A stretch of 64,000 nucleotides of DNA, from contig JBMTAN010000002.1 in NCBI GenBank assembly GCA_049428765.1, positions 589 through 64,588 on the forward strand, written 5' to 3'. Made by a program: the position numbers and the translations under genes. This document shows positions 21,262-31,678 of this stretch, piece by piece (the first letter of the stretch is position 1; every line of letters begins with the position of its first letter). The notes beneath the pieces were generated by a model. That model searched no databases, had not been told where the DNA came from, and saw only the letters and a list, made by a program, of their open reading frames with translations. This stretch comes from Roseiflexaceae bacterium (GTDB lineage: Bacteria > Chloroflexota > Chloroflexia > Chloroflexales > Roseiflexaceae).

Positions 21262-22964
21262 GCATCCCTACACCACACTTCACCCGCGCTATGATGGCCA
21301 TGACACCGGGCGTCTTGGCGATCTATATGCTTGGGCGCATCGCCAACGTGCTTTTGCCGTTTGGCATCATCTTGATCGAGCGAATCCTGTTCAACCAGCT
21401 AGGTCTAGCAACTAACGACTTGAGCCTATGGACAGTGATTGCGACCTACGTGTCTTTGATGGTCGTCCGCATGGGCAGTATCATGGCCGAGGCCTGGGGC
21501 GACGTCACGTTCCGCTATCGTCTCAAGGGAATATTACATCACAATGCGCTCCAGCAAGCTCTTGAACGCCCAGGCGCCGAACCGTTGCCCGTCTCAGCCC
21601 TTGAGGCCATCAACCGCCTACGTGATGACGTCGACGAGGTGGCTGACTTCCCCTTGTGGATTCCCGAGGTGATTGCCACTGTCGGCACTGGGATTGTTGC
21701 CTTTGTTGTGATGAGTAGCATCGACCTAATGCTCAGTATTATGAGTGTCATCCCCCTCATACTCCTCGGCGTAGCGTCATATCTTATCTGGCCACATTAC
21801 CTCGCCTACCGTTATCAAGCGGGCATGTGCGAGGATCGCTTTACAAGTCTGCTGGGCAGTATGATTGCCGGCGCTCAAACTATCACACTCGCCAATAGTA
21901 GTGCCCCCGCACTTGAGCGCCTCAACGAGATTAGTCAAGAGCGCCAGCGTGTTAATGTGCGTGGGCATATCTTGTTCCAAGCGCAGAGTGCCCTAGTATC
22001 ACTCGGCATCGGCATCTGTGGTACAGCTATCTACTGGTATGGTGGCACAGCCTTGAGTACTGGCGCCATACAACTCGGCGATTTGCTTCTGTTGGTAAGC
22101 AGTCTTGGGATTATCGCCTGGGTGCCCAATGTGATTGCCACATTTATCGGCGATTACGCCCAACAAAAAGTCTCCATCGGGCGCTTAACCGAGTTCATGC
22201 CAAACAATCCTGATGGGCTCATTCGACCGTACCGTTGGTGGTTGCCGGTGCGTGCGGATTCAGCACTAGCCCCACGACCAGCCTTGACAGAGTTGACGCT
22301 TCATAACGTCAGTTACACCTACCCGAGTAGTGGCGGTGGCATCCGCAATGTCAATCTCACTATTCCACGCGGTAGTTTGACGGTGATTACCGGTGCCGTT
22401 GGGAGTGGCAAAAGCACTCTCTTACACCTGCTGAGCGGGCTCCTCGCCCCACAATCCGGCACGATAACGTGGAACGGTCAATCTATCACGCAACTCAGTG
22501 CGCCACAAGTGCTCGCCACCACGCAGATTCCGTTTTTGGTGAGTGACACCCTACGCGAGAATATCACGCTTGGTGCAGCTGACAACCACCTACCACAAGT
22601 CCTCGCCGCCAGCGACCTAACCCACGACATCACCCAACTCCCCGACGGCCTCAACACCATCGTCGGCCCACGTGGGGTACGGCTCTCGGGTGGGCAACGC
22701 CAACGGGTAGCACTCGCACGCATGCTCTTGCGCCCGGCCGAGATCCTTGTGCTCGACGATATCTCGAGCGCCGTCGATGTCACCACCGAGGCATATTTGT
22801 GGCAATCATTACGTCAACACAGCGCCAGCACATTGGTGGCGAGCTCACATCGCCGTACCTTGCTTCAGCAGGCCGACCAGATTGTGGTGGTGACCAACGG
22901 CACTGTCGTAGCGCTTGGACGTTACGAAGACGTCGCACAGCATCTGACACATCTCGACAGTTAA
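21258..22964 (+). CDS. ABC exporter, fused permease/ATPase subunit 2 (Walker B Asp in place of catalytic Glu)
   Basis: 568 aa. ATGA overlap with subunit 1. Walker A GAVGSGKST, signature LSGGQRQR, Walker B ILVLDDIS. Confidence 0.9.
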   Translation: MSIPTPHFTRAMMAMTPGVLAIYMLGRIANVLLPFGIILIERILFNQLGLATNDLSLWTVIATYVSLMVVRMGSIMAEAWGDVTFRYRLKGILHHNALQQALERPGAEPLPVSALEAINRLRDDVDEVADFPLWIPEVIATVGTGIVAFVVMSSIDLMLSIMSVIPLILLGVASYLIWPHYLAYRYQAGMCEDRFTSLLGSMIAGAQTITLANSSAPALERLNEISQERQRVNVRGHILFQAQSALVSLGIGICGTAIYWYGGTALSTGAIQLGDLLLLVSSLGIIAWVPNVIATFIGDYAQQKVSIGRLTEFMPNNPDGLIRPYRWWLPVRADSALAPRPALTELTLHNVSYTYPSSGGGIRNVNLTIPRGSLTVITGAVGSGKSTLLHLLSGLLAPQSGTITWNGQSITQLSAPQVLATTQIPFLVSDTLRENITLGAADNHLPQVLAASDLTHDITQLPDGLNTIVGPRGVRLSGGQRQRVALARMLLRPAEILVLDDISSAVDVTTEAYLWQSLRQHSASTLVASSHRRTLLQQADQIVVVTNGTVVALGRYEDVAQHLTHLDS

Positions 22965-22970
22965 CAAAAT

Positions 22971-23000
22971 GCCCCGGTGTCGACTAGCCGACACCGGGGC
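22971..23000. terminator. bidirectional hairpin between the convergent ABC and AEC genes
   Basis: GCCCCGGTGTCG-actagc-CGACACCGGGGC, a perfect 12-bp stem. Confidence 0.6.
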
Positions 23001-23015
23001 GCACCATAAATCGCT

Positions 23016-23936
23016 CTAAATCCCCATCACTGTCAACAAAATCGTCAACGTAGCCAAACTCAATACTGTCGAGACTACCACGCTCCCTGCCACAAACTGT
23101 GGTCGTGCATTGAACTCAAGTGAGTAGAGCACCATGTTGACGGCCGTTGGCATGCTCGCCTGCAAAATAACAACTTTGGTGGCCAGTGGGTCAAGCCCGA
23201 GCACAAACGCAGCGCCCAAGGCAATCAAGGGTGACGCGAGCAGACGAATGCCAACACCGATACTCGTCAGTTTGACATCCTCGATCGCGGTATTCTGGGC
23301 CAACTGCATGCCAAGTAGCATCAACAAAAACGGCAACGTCGCTTGGGCCAACAAATCAACACCGTTGAGCATGGCGCCGGCCACATTGGGAGCGCCAACC
23401 TCAAAGCCCATCCAGCGCAAGGCAAGAGCTGCAAGTACCGCATAGATGGGGGGCATCTTGAAGATCTGGCGCAAGCCCGTCTTCCAATTACTTTGGCCAG
23501 CCTGAGCAATCGCAATCGTCAACGTCTGGGCCATAATCGCTTGGGCAATAAAAAAGAGCAAGGCTCGCTCAAGACCAGCCGGGCCAAAGGCAAAATTCGC
23601 CGTCGGCAGACCATAATTACCCGAGTTCATGAACATCGTGACGAGCAGTAGCGCTGAAGTACTTTTGGCGTCTTGACGCAGAAAACGCGCAATAATCAGT
23701 GCAAGCAGCCCTGAACCTAGACAAGCAACCACCGAGACCAGCGAGATGCGCAACACATCGTTGCCAGGAATATTGATTTTGATGATATTAATAAAAATTA
23801 GTGCCGGACTCAGCGCATACATGCTGAGTCGGTTGAGTGACCGCGTATCAATCGGCAAAAAGCGCTTGAGTGCATACCCAATGCTCACCACCACCACAAT
23901 CGGCAACAACACATCGATAAAGGCATTGATGAGCAT
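23016..23936 (-). CDS. AEC (auxin efflux carrier) family transporter
   Basis: Polytopic membrane protein with an AEC-like N-terminus MLINAFIDVLLPIVVV. The upstream 8 codons of the ORF come from a palindromic repeat. Confidence 0.85.
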   Translation of the reverse strand: MLINAFIDVLLPIVVVVSIGYALKRFLPIDTRSLNRLSMYALSPALIFINIIKINIPGNDVLRISLVSVVACLGSGLLALIIARFLRQDAKSTSALLLVTMFMNSGNYGLPTANFAFGPAGLERALLFFIAQAIMAQTLTIAIAQAGQSNWKTGLRQIFKMPPIYAVLAALALRWMGFEVGAPNVAGAMLNGVDLLAQATLPFLLMLLGMQLAQNTAIEDVKLTSIGVGIRLLASPLIALGAAFVLGLDPLATKVVILQASMPTAVNMVLYSLEFNARPQFVAGSVVVSTVLSLATLTILLTVMGI

Positions 23937-23952
23937 GGGTATCCTTTTGCAC

Positions 23953-24032
23953 AGACGCATTGGCCATGCGTCTCATCTATCTCTCGCCATCTCGCCCGCA
24001 TCGATACCACAGGCGCATGGCCATGCGTCTCT
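23953..24032. repeat. two copies of a GACGCA-TGGCCA-TGCGTC type palindrome
   Basis: AGACGCATTGGCCATGCGTCT (23953-23973) and GGCGCATGGCCATGCGTCTC (24012-24032). The arms match those of the GAGACGCAGCATGCTGCGTCTC family. Confidence 0.8.
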
Positions 24033-24040
24033 GATTATCC

Positions 24041-25654
24041 CTACCACACTGCCCCAAAAATCATCTCGTCTACGAGGCGTTCAACCGGGGCATGATCATC
24101 ATACAACACCACAGGCCCACGATCGCTCACCAAAAAGGGAAAGCCTGAAGCGTTGGCCATTACTGCACGCAACGCAGGATCCTCGACCTGCTGATAATTG
24201 GCTGCAAAATTTGCCGCCCCATCAGCAATAAATTCGGTCGACCCAATTAACATCCAATTACCGAATGAGGACGTCTCGACGATAAATACGCTCGGGAACA
24301 CCTCGAGCATCGTCGTGGCTAACGTCTGTGCCAAACGAATATCGCCGTCGGCACCGAGGCCAGCGTTCAACACCACCACACCCTTGGGGTTCAAGCGATC
24401 CCGCACCTCACCAAAGAACTCGACAGTGGTCAGATGGAATGGAATATACGGCTGATGGTAGGCATCAATCGCAATCACGTCATACATCGTCGAGGTGGTC
24501 GCTAACCAGGTACGCCCATCTGCCACATGCACGCGGTAGTTGGGATTGCCACCAGCTACCGCACTATCGTTCATGCCAAAGTACTGCCGTGCCACATCGA
24601 CAATCGCGCCATCAATCTCGACCGCATCCACCTCGGCATCAGTACCATGTGTCGCCAAAAACTGCGCCGCACCGGTCCCCGCTGCAGCCCCAATCATCGC
24701 CATCTTCTTAATATCATTCGGGCGGCGATTAGCCACCACATATGGCGCCACACCAAAATAATCCCACGGGCCGCCGCCAGTCAACAAATCACGACTATCG
24801 CCGCTCGTCAGATAGCGCTGATTGAAACTCGAATGCACTGCCATACCCTCGTTGAGCAGCAACAGCGTCTGATTACCAAACTCAGGATGTGCACGTGTGG
24901 CCACTTGAATAACATTGTTACCCGACTCACGCGTGTCAATGACAGTACAGTTGATACACCCTGCTGCCAAACTCGGCGGTCCAGCAATCAGGCGCCACAA
25001 CAACAACGCCACCACCAGCGCTAGCCAGCCGAGACGCGACCAACGGCGGGAGACCCACACCGCTAGCACGATTAACCCAGCCGCAATAATCAACAGTGAC
25101 TGCGTCGAACCAAACTGCGGCACCAGCCAGAGCGCCGTGGCAAATGTACCGGCCAGCGATCCGACCGTAGCAAAGGCCGACAACCGCCCAAGTACTTGGC
25201 CAACCTGCGCTGCATCAGTGGTCAACAATGCCACACGATTGGCAAACGGCGATACGGCAGCTAATAAGATTACAGGCGTCGCAAATAGCACTAGTGCAAT
25301 CACCAGTGCCGCCAAAAAGCCTCCGACTGCGACACTCTGCAAGGCCACGCGGGCCCACGAGATGACGGGCGGTGCAATCGGCGCAATCAAGGCTGTGGCA
25401 ATCCCAGCATACAAAATCAAGCGCGCCATAAAATCAACATCTGTGGCCGCATAACGATCAGCCCAACGACCACCCAGGTGATAGCCAATCGCCAAATACA
25501 ACAGCGTCATACCAATCACCGCTGCCCAAATCGGCTGCGAGGTGCCAAAGGCTGGCGCTAACATGCGCGGCGCAACCATCTCCACGGCGAGCGTTCCTGC
25601 GCCAGCCAGGGTGACGGTCGTTAATAACCGCGAAATCGGCGGCGCTTGTATCAT
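24041..25654 (-). CDS. membrane-fused spermidine/spermine synthase-like protein
   Basis: 537 aa. About 7 N-terminal TM helices precede a class I MTase/aminopropyltransferase-like domain (MIGAAAGTGA, DVIAIDAY). Confidence 0.8.
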   Translation of the reverse strand: MIQAPPISRLLTTVTLAGAGTLAVEMVAPRMLAPAFGTSQPIWAAVIGMTLLYLAIGYHLGGRWADRYAATDVDFMARLILYAGIATALIAPIAPPVISWARVALQSVAVGGFLAALVIALVLFATPVILLAAVSPFANRVALLTTDAAQVGQVLGRLSAFATVGSLAGTFATALWLVPQFGSTQSLLIIAAGLIVLAVWVSRRWSRLGWLALVVALLLWRLIAGPPSLAAGCINCTVIDTRESGNNVIQVATRAHPEFGNQTLLLLNEGMAVHSSFNQRYLTSGDSRDLLTGGGPWDYFGVAPYVVANRRPNDIKKMAMIGAAAGTGAAQFLATHGTDAEVDAVEIDGAIVDVARQYFGMNDSAVAGGNPNYRVHVADGRTWLATTSTMYDVIAIDAYHQPYIPFHLTTVEFFGEVRDRLNPKGVVVLNAGLGADGDIRLAQTLATTMLEVFPSVFIVETSSFGNWMLIGSTEFIADGAANFAANYQQVEDPALRAVMANASGFPFLVSDRGPVVLYDDHAPVERLVDEMIFGAVW

Positions 25655-25908
25655 CGACCCACCGATGAGCGAATCAATACCTCGAGCACCTGCAACAACA
25701 ACATGGCAATAATCGGCGTAAAGTCAAACATGCCACCAGTTGGGAGGATACCGCGCAACGGCGTCAGAATTGGCTCAGTAATTTCATTCAAAATTTGCGT
25801 GATGCGCATATTCCCTGTTTGATCGACCCACGATAACAACACACGGCCAATAATTGCCCACGACAACACGTTTAAAAGCAGAATGATAAATTCAACAAAA
25901 AAATCCAT
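25651..25908 (-). CDS. yggT: YggT family membrane protein
   Basis: Start refined to MDFFVEFIILLL, with GGAGG 6 nt upstream. The two-TM YggT-like pattern includes PLRGILP. The stop overlaps the next gene's start (ATGA). Confidence 0.8.
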   Translation of the reverse strand: MDFFVEFIILLLNVLSWAIIGRVLLSWVDQTGNMRITQILNEITEPILTPLRGILPTGGMFDFTPIIAMLLLQVLEVLIRSSVGR

Positions 25909-26002
25909 GTCAACTCCTCCATCCACCACAAATTGCTGTGATTGTTTATTATGCTGTATTGTAGACATCTTACATGAGCAAATGCTCATGCAAACGCATG
26001 AT

Positions 26003-27334
26003 TTATGACTCCAAGCGAATCTTCACGGCTGCCGCATGCGCATGTAACCCCTCAGCCTCAGCCAACCGCGCCGCCGCCGGACCAATCCGTATCAGCGCAT
26101 GCTGATTTAGCCCCACCACCGAAATAATCTTACGGAAGTCATCCACATTCACCGGCGCGGCAAACCGTGCCGTCCCACCCGTTGGCATGATATGCGACGG
26201 CCCTGCGATATAATCCCCGAGCACCTCAAACGACTGCTCACCGATAAATACCCCACCCGCATTGCGCACCCAGCCTAGATAATCCCAAGCCTGCTCAATC
26301 AACAAACATAAATGCTCGGGTGCATAGGCATTGCTCACTGCAAAGGCTGTCTTAAGTGAATCAACTACCACAATCCCACTCCGCAAGGCCAATGTCTCGG
26401 CAGCCCCAGCATTATCCGGCAAAAGCGCTAACTGACGGGTCAATTCAGCCTTAACCTGCTCAGCAAATTGCGTCTCAGTCGTTAGCAAAATAGCAGCCGC
26501 CTGCACATGCTCAGCCTGCGCTAACAAGTCGGCTGCCACATACGCCGGATTAGCCTGTGCATCGGCAATCACCAACGTCTCGGTGGGACCGGGCAAGCTC
26601 TCAATCCCCACAGCACCATAGACCATGCGCTTAGCCAACACCACGAACAAGTTCCCTGGCCCGGCGATTTTGTCGACACGGACAATCTGTTCCGTGCCAA
26701 ACGCCATCGCTGCAATCGCCTGTGCACCACCCACACGATAGACTCGATCGACACCAGCGACATGCGCCGCAGCCAAGACAATCTCGGCAACCTCACCAGT
26801 CGCCCGTTGGGGCGGCGAACAGACCACAATCTCGTCGACACCAGCCACCCGTGCTGGAATCGCCGACATCAACAGCGTCGACGGCAACGGCGCTGCTCCG
26901 CCTGGCACATAAATCCCCACACGCTCGAGTGGCACCACCAGTTGCCCCAAGGTCCCCTCACTTGTCACATCCATCCACGATTGATGGTGCTGTTTGCTAT
27001 GAAAGCGTCGAATCTGCTCAGCAGCTAACTGCAAGGCATCCTTGACATCATCTGGCTGGGCCTGCCAGGCTGCCACAATCCGCTCAGCAGGGACTTGCCA
27101 GGCAGTCGGTACACTACCATCGAGACGCTGACTCCACTCGACAAGCGCCACATCGCCACGCTGTCGCACATCGTTGACAATTCGCTCAACCGCCTGGGCT
27201 GGCGTTAGCCGCTCACCAAAGCGCTGGGCGATGCCGTCAAGCAACGCCGGCGTGACCTCGACCTCGTCAAACGGCACCCGCTTGAGAACACTCGCTTGAG
27301 CAGTCGCCACATCAGTAAATATCGGGATAGGCAT
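26003..27334 (-). CDS. hisD: histidinol dehydrogenase
   Basis: 443 aa of HisD sequence throughout ([18 protein letters not shown]). Confidence 0.95.
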   Translation of the reverse strand: MPIPIFTDVATAQASVLKRVPFDEVEVTPALLDGIAQRFGERLTPAQAVERIVNDVRQRGDVALVEWSQRLDGSVPTAWQVPAERIVAAWQAQPDDVKDALQLAAEQIRRFHSKQHHQSWMDVTSEGTLGQLVVPLERVGIYVPGGAAPLPSTLLMSAIPARVAGVDEIVVCSPPQRATGEVAEIVLAAAHVAGVDRVYRVGGAQAIAAMAFGTEQIVRVDKIAGPGNLFVVLAKRMVYGAVGIESLPGPTETLVIADAQANPAYVAADLLAQAEHVQAAAILLTTETQFAEQVKAELTRQLALLPDNAGAAETLALRSGIVVVDSLKTAFAVSNAYAPEHLCLLIEQAWDYLGWVRNAGGVFIGEQSFEVLGDYIAGPSHIMPTGGTARFAAPVNVDDFRKIISVVGLNQHALIRIGPAAARLAEAEGLHAHAAAVKIRLES

Positions 27335-27338
27335 ACAA

Positions 27339-28337
27339 TTACTCGATTTCTTTCATGACCTGGGCAAATGTCTCACTCGTCGCCCCAAAATAGTACTGTG
27401 CCGGTGTCACCGTAATCGCATCGCCGCCGAGTGCACGCAAGTGGCGCACCGTCGCTAACACCTGATCCTGCGGAATCACCAACGTCACCATGAACAGCGT
27501 TCCTGCCATGCCGGGACGCGGCCAAACTGGAGCAATTGTCGGGCCTTGGGCACCAGCCAACTCGGGCCGTGCCACAATCCGCTGCCCAACATCCTCGACC
27601 GACGTGCCAGCAATGTTGGCTGTGACTTGTACCACCCCGCGGGCACGCCGACGCGCCTCGACCATTTCAAGAATGGTTTGCACCGTGCTCGCAACCTCGG
27701 GGGATTGGCGCAAGGCCTTTTTGGAGCTAATCAGACAGGCCTGCGACCTAAGAATCGGGCCACCAACAATTTTAAGCTGATTATCACGTAACGTCGTACC
27801 AGTCTCGGTGATATCGGCGATGATATCTGCATAGCCCAAGCCAGGCGCCGCCTCGGTTGCCCCTTGTGAGTCAATAATCCGGAACGAGTTAATTCCATGG
27901 CTTTGGCAAAATTGTCGTATCAATGCAGCATACTTAGTAGCAATCCGCAACGTACGCCCAGCTGCATGCAATTCAGCCGCCAAATCAGCCAAATCACGCC
28001 ACGAACGCACATCAATCCAGGCCTCAGGTACTGCGAGCACCAACTCACAACGCCCATAGCCCAAATCGTCATGGATGACTATCAAATCATCACGGTCACC
28101 ACGCAACTCTTCGACTAAATCGAGTCCGCTGACGCCGATTTCAATTTCGCCATAGGCAACTTTTTCGATGATATCGGCCGGTCGATGCAACAACACTTCA
28201 ACACCCGGTAGTGCCGAGATAGCAGCCGTATAGCGGCGCGGGTTTGGACGCACGATGCGCAAGCCGCAGCTCTCAAAAAAGCTGAGCGTGCCGTCATATA
28301 AACTCCCTTTGGAGGGGATAGCAAAGCGTAGTGACAT
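27339..28337 (-). CDS. hisG: ATP phosphoribosyltransferase, long form with C-terminal regulatory domain
   Basis: Start refined to [13 protein letters not shown]. Its SD lies inside the last codons of the upstream gene. HisG catalytic motifs (DITETGTTL) are followed by about 100 aa of a HisG_C-like tail. Confidence 0.9.
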   Translation of the reverse strand: MSLRFAIPSKGSLYDGTLSFFESCGLRIVRPNPRRYTAAISALPGVEVLLHRPADIIEKVAYGEIEIGVSGLDLVEELRGDRDDLIVIHDDLGYGRCELVLAVPEAWIDVRSWRDLADLAAELHAAGRTLRIATKYAALIRQFCQSHGINSFRIIDSQGATEAAPGLGYADIIADITETGTTLRDNQLKIVGGPILRSQACLISSKKALRQSPEVASTVQTILEMVEARRRARGVVQVTANIAGTSVEDVGQRIVARPELAGAQGPTIAPVWPRPGMAGTLFMVTLVIPQDQVLATVRHLRALGGDAITVTPAQYYFGATSETFAQVMKEIE

Positions 28338-28342
28338 CTGAC

Positions 28343-29146
28343 CTACTCCTCTTTGGCGGTTCGTTGCCGCCACCAGTCGTTGAGTGCCTGCTCCCACGAT
28401 GTCCGCAAAAAGGCCTCAGCATAGTCGTTATAGCCGGCGATGCGGCGTTCATACGTCTCACGCAAAAACACCAATCCATCCGGCTGTTGCATGCGATTGA
28501 CCCACCCAGCAATGCCGACAACGGCATCATCGAGCAATGTCTGCCCATCAGCAGCAGTCGCCAGCCGCGGGTCCTCGCCAAGCACCGCATATTCACGTGG
28601 ATGCAGTGGTGCTGGCCCTAGACGATCGAGCCGCACCAAATCAGGGCGCAGCGCCAGCGTTTGGGCGGTCTCCCAGCGGCCCGCATGATCGAGGTAATCC
28701 TCACTTAGCACGGCCGCCGGTGGCAACGTCAATACCACTAAACCATGACGCTCATACGCAGCGAGCGCAATCCTCATCAACTCGATTTCATGACCTTGGG
28801 CATAATGACCGCTAATCAGTACCACATAGCGAAAACCAGCTTTGGCCAGGCTGGCAAACATATCCTCGATTACCGCAAGCATAGTGCTGGTCTGCAATGC
28901 CAACGAAAACGGATGTGGCAAGGTGGTCATCGGCCACCACGTCATCGGCAACAGCACGCCACCGACTTTTTGCACCAGCTGATCGGCCACATACTGGGCA
29001 GCGATTCCATCCATACCCAGCGGCAAATGCGGGCCGTGCCACTCCAGCGCTCCCCACGGCAAGATGGCCAGTGGCTGGGTTGCCAAAATAGCAGCCAACG
29101 TATCGGGATGGAGCTCGGTATAGCGGCCCCAGTGTGGTGTGGTCAT
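28343..29146 (-). CDS. creatininase (creatinine amidohydrolase / ArfB / MftE) family protein
   Basis: 267 aa with the family motif LPWGALEWHGPHLPLGMD. ATGA overlap with the upstream gene. Confidence 0.8.
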   Translation of the reverse strand: MTTPHWGRYTELHPDTLAAILATQPLAILPWGALEWHGPHLPLGMDGIAAQYVADQLVQKVGGVLLPMTWWPMTTLPHPFSLALQTSTMLAVIEDMFASLAKAGFRYVVLISGHYAQGHEIELMRIALAAYERHGLVVLTLPPAAVLSEDYLDHAGRWETAQTLALRPDLVRLDRLGPAPLHPREYAVLGEDPRLATAADGQTLLDDAVVGIAGWVNRMQQPDGLVFLRETYERRIAGYNDYAEAFLRTSWEQALNDWWRQRTAKEE

Positions 29147-30084
29147 GCTGATATCTCCTGCTGTGATCGCAAACGCAACAACGCATACAAAGCCTGGTTG
29201 ACGGGAGTGGCTACACCGAGCGACCGCCCTTTGGCGACGACTGCGCCATTCAGCGACTCAACCTCGGTCGGACGCCCGTTAGCGACATCGCGCGCCATCG
29301 ATGAGCGGGCCGTAGCCGGCATACTGCGCGCCGTAGCCAAGGCACTCGCCACCGGGTCAATCTCAAACTGCACGCCATCGGCTTCTGCCACCTTGCGCGC
29401 TTCAGTCAGAGCCGCTATCAACGTCTCAATAATTTCACTATCTGCCATCATCGGGCCGAGAGGTGCCTGCGTCAGCGTGGTAACTGCACTCATGGCCGCC
29501 ACAAAAATCGCCTTGCTCCAGAGGGCAGCCCGACCATCAGGCACCACAGTCGCCGGCGCACCAGCATCATTCAAGGCATGCATCAAGGCCTGCGCCAACG
29601 GCGAGATAGCATGCGGCGGCAACGGGCCATAGGTCAGACGCACCGGCTCAATACCACTGCGGATGACGCCGGGTTCCTCAACACTTAACTCACAATAAAT
29701 CAACCCCGGCAATGTCACCGCTGTGCCGTATATCTCAGCCACCTGTTGATAGGCTGCGATACCGTTTTGCATCGTAAGAATCACCGTACGCGGCCCAATC
29801 ATCGGCTGGGCTTGCCTCAACAGCTCGTCGAGGTGGTAGTTTTTGCTAGCCGTAATCACCACATCACAGACGCCGACTTGCGCCGGCGTATCGGTCACAA
29901 ACGTCGGATGCGCCACCCACGCTGATTGTTGCGTTTGCGGGGCTGGTTGGATACGTATCCCATGTTGCCGGAGCGCCTCAGCATGGGCACCACGGGCAAT
30001 TAACGCCACCGGATGTCCCGATTTAGCCAGTCGGGCACCGAGGTAGGCACCGACACCCCCCGCCCCGAGAACGGCGAATTTCAT
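29143..30084 (-). CDS. 2-dehydropantoate 2-reductase-like (PanE/ApbA family) oxidoreductase
   Basis: Start refined to MKFAVLGAGGVGAYLGARLA (Rossmann motif), with a ketopantoate-reductase-like C-terminal domain. ATGA overlap with the hisS-like gene. Confidence 0.8.
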   Translation of the reverse strand: MKFAVLGAGGVGAYLGARLAKSGHPVALIARGAHAEALRQHGIRIQPAPQTQQSAWVAHPTFVTDTPAQVGVCDVVITASKNYHLDELLRQAQPMIGPRTVILTMQNGIAAYQQVAEIYGTAVTLPGLIYCELSVEEPGVIRSGIEPVRLTYGPLPPHAISPLAQALMHALNDAGAPATVVPDGRAALWSKAIFVAAMSAVTTLTQAPLGPMMADSEIIETLIAALTEARKVAEADGVQFEIDPVASALATARSMPATARSSMARDVANGRPTEVESLNGAVVAKGRSLGVATPVNQALYALLRLRSQQEISA

Positions 30085-31547
30085 ACCTGACCTCCGCAAC
30101 GGGCCACCAACGCATCAAGGGTGAGTGACTCTGTCTGACGCTGATCGCGCCACTGTACCGTCCGCGTTGCAACATCGGCAGCTTGCACGAATACCACCTG
30201 CTGGTCGCGACGTTGGGCATCGCGCACTTGTTGACTCAGTGGACGCTCACGCAACTCGCAGATAGCAATCACATAATGCGCTCGGAGAAGTTGTGCCACT
30301 TCGAGTGCATACGGATAGACCGTCACATCCTCCCAGGCCACCACAACTGCGCGTTGTGCCGGGGGCATAATCTCAGCCGGCGCAGCCAGCACCACGCGCT
30401 CAAGCCCATATGAGAACCCGACGGCGGGCACGCTTTGCTTGCCGCCGAGTGCCCCAACCAATTCGTCATAGCGACCACCGCCACACAGTTGCAGACCGCG
30501 CAAATCGTCGATTTCGAACATCATGCCGGTGTAGTAATGCAGGCCTCGCCCAATACCAAAATCAAGCGTCACTCGCTGCATATCAACACCATGGGGCGCC
30601 AACAAATCAATCAAAGCCCGCACCTCAGCCAACCCTGGGTCGGGGAGCTGATAGCGGGTAATCAGGTCAGTCACATCTGCGAGGGCCTGGGCAGGTGCAC
30701 CACGAATGACACTCAGCTCAGCCAAAAAGGCAATCGCACGTTCGACCGTTGGGCGCTGATCGTGGGTCCGCAAAGTACGCACTAGTCGGCGCACAATCTC
30801 CTCGGGTGGGCGCGTGCCAAACTGCAAATTGACACCAATTGAGCGCAGAGTATGTAACAACAAATCCTCAGCCTGTGCATCATCGAGCCCAGCCAAGACA
30901 GTGGTATCAAACCCTTGTTGTTCACCCTCGATTTCGCTCATCAGCGCGTCGCGTACCACATCAACACCACGATTACGCATACGTTCAAGGCTCCACGTCA
31001 ACACACTCCGCGTGCGTTCGCTGACACCGAGCGAGCCAAGCAACGCGCGGATAATACCGATATGACCGATGCTGATATGGTATTCACGGATCCCGACGGC
31101 ATGTAGTCCAGCACAGGCGACACCAAGCACCTCGGCATCGGCGCGCGGTGCCGGGGCGCCAATCATTTCGCCGCCGATTTGGGTGAACTGTCGCCATGTA
31201 CCACGCTGTGGCCGTTCATATCGAAAGACCGGACCGGTGTAGCGCAGGCGCAACGGCACCGGTTGATCGACGAGTTTACTGATATAGGCACGCAGGACTG
31301 ATGCAGTCCACTCAGGGCGCAAGGCCAGATCACGGCCGTTGAATGAGAATTCATAAATCTTGCCAGCCAACTCCTCGCCTAATTTGCGTACATACAAATC
31401 ACGATGCTCAAGGAGTGGCAATTCAATTGCTTGATAACCGTGGGTGCTCAATACATGGTTGATTTGATGGGCTATATGCTGTTGCCGGGCAAAATCGTCG
31501 GGCAAAACATCGCGCATTCCACGTACTGCATCAACTAGGTTATCCAC
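30081..31547 (-). CDS. hisS: histidyl-tRNA synthetase-like protein (HisS, or a HisS paralog) with an enlarged insertion domain
   Basis: GTG start with AGAGG 7 nt upstream. Class II motifs are FRYERPQRGTWRQFTQ, GRGLHYYTG and GGGRYD...PAVGFSYGLER. An anticodon-binding-like C-terminus is present. Confidence 0.75.
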   Translation of the reverse strand: MDNLVDAVRGMRDVLPDDFARQQHIAHQINHVLSTHGYQAIELPLLEHRDLYVRKLGEELAGKIYEFSFNGRDLALRPEWTASVLRAYISKLVDQPVPLRLRYTGPVFRYERPQRGTWRQFTQIGGEMIGAPAPRADAEVLGVACAGLHAVGIREYHISIGHIGIIRALLGSLGVSERTRSVLTWSLERMRNRGVDVVRDALMSEIEGEQQGFDTTVLAGLDDAQAEDLLLHTLRSIGVNLQFGTRPPEEIVRRLVRTLRTHDQRPTVERAIAFLAELSVIRGAPAQALADVTDLITRYQLPDPGLAEVRALIDLLAPHGVDMQRVTLDFGIGRGLHYYTGMMFEIDDLRGLQLCGGGRYDELVGALGGKQSVPAVGFSYGLERVVLAAPAEIMPPAQRAVVVAWEDVTVYPYALEVAQLLRAHYVIAICELRERPLSQQVRDAQRRDQQVVFVQAADVATRTVQWRDQRQTESLTLDALVARCGGQV

Positions 31548-31649
31548 CTGTGTACCTCTTTTGTTGCAAAAATAAACGCTCCCTGTGTATTTTACCCGAA
31601 TATAGCGATGTGCTATCATACAAGGAGTGGCAATTCGTCGACAGACTAT

Positions 31650-31678
31650 TTGCCTGACATCTCAGAACGTGCTATACT
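31650..31678 (+). promoter_or_regulatory. sigma-70-like promoter for rplS (TTGCCT-17 nt-TATACT with TGc extended -10)
   Basis: Read directly, 62 nt upstream of the rplS ATG. Confidence 0.45.

Noticed and set aside
28745-29632. 295-aa ORF on the plus strand
   Set aside because: It is antisense to the creatininase-family and PanE-like genes, which are translationally coupled and carry motifs.
30081-31547. Calling the HisRS-like protein HisZ
   Set aside because: HisZ normally lacks the anticodon-binding domain and partners with short-form HisG. Here a C-terminal anticodon-binding-like domain is present and hisG is the long form. It is kept as hisS-like, with uncertainty.
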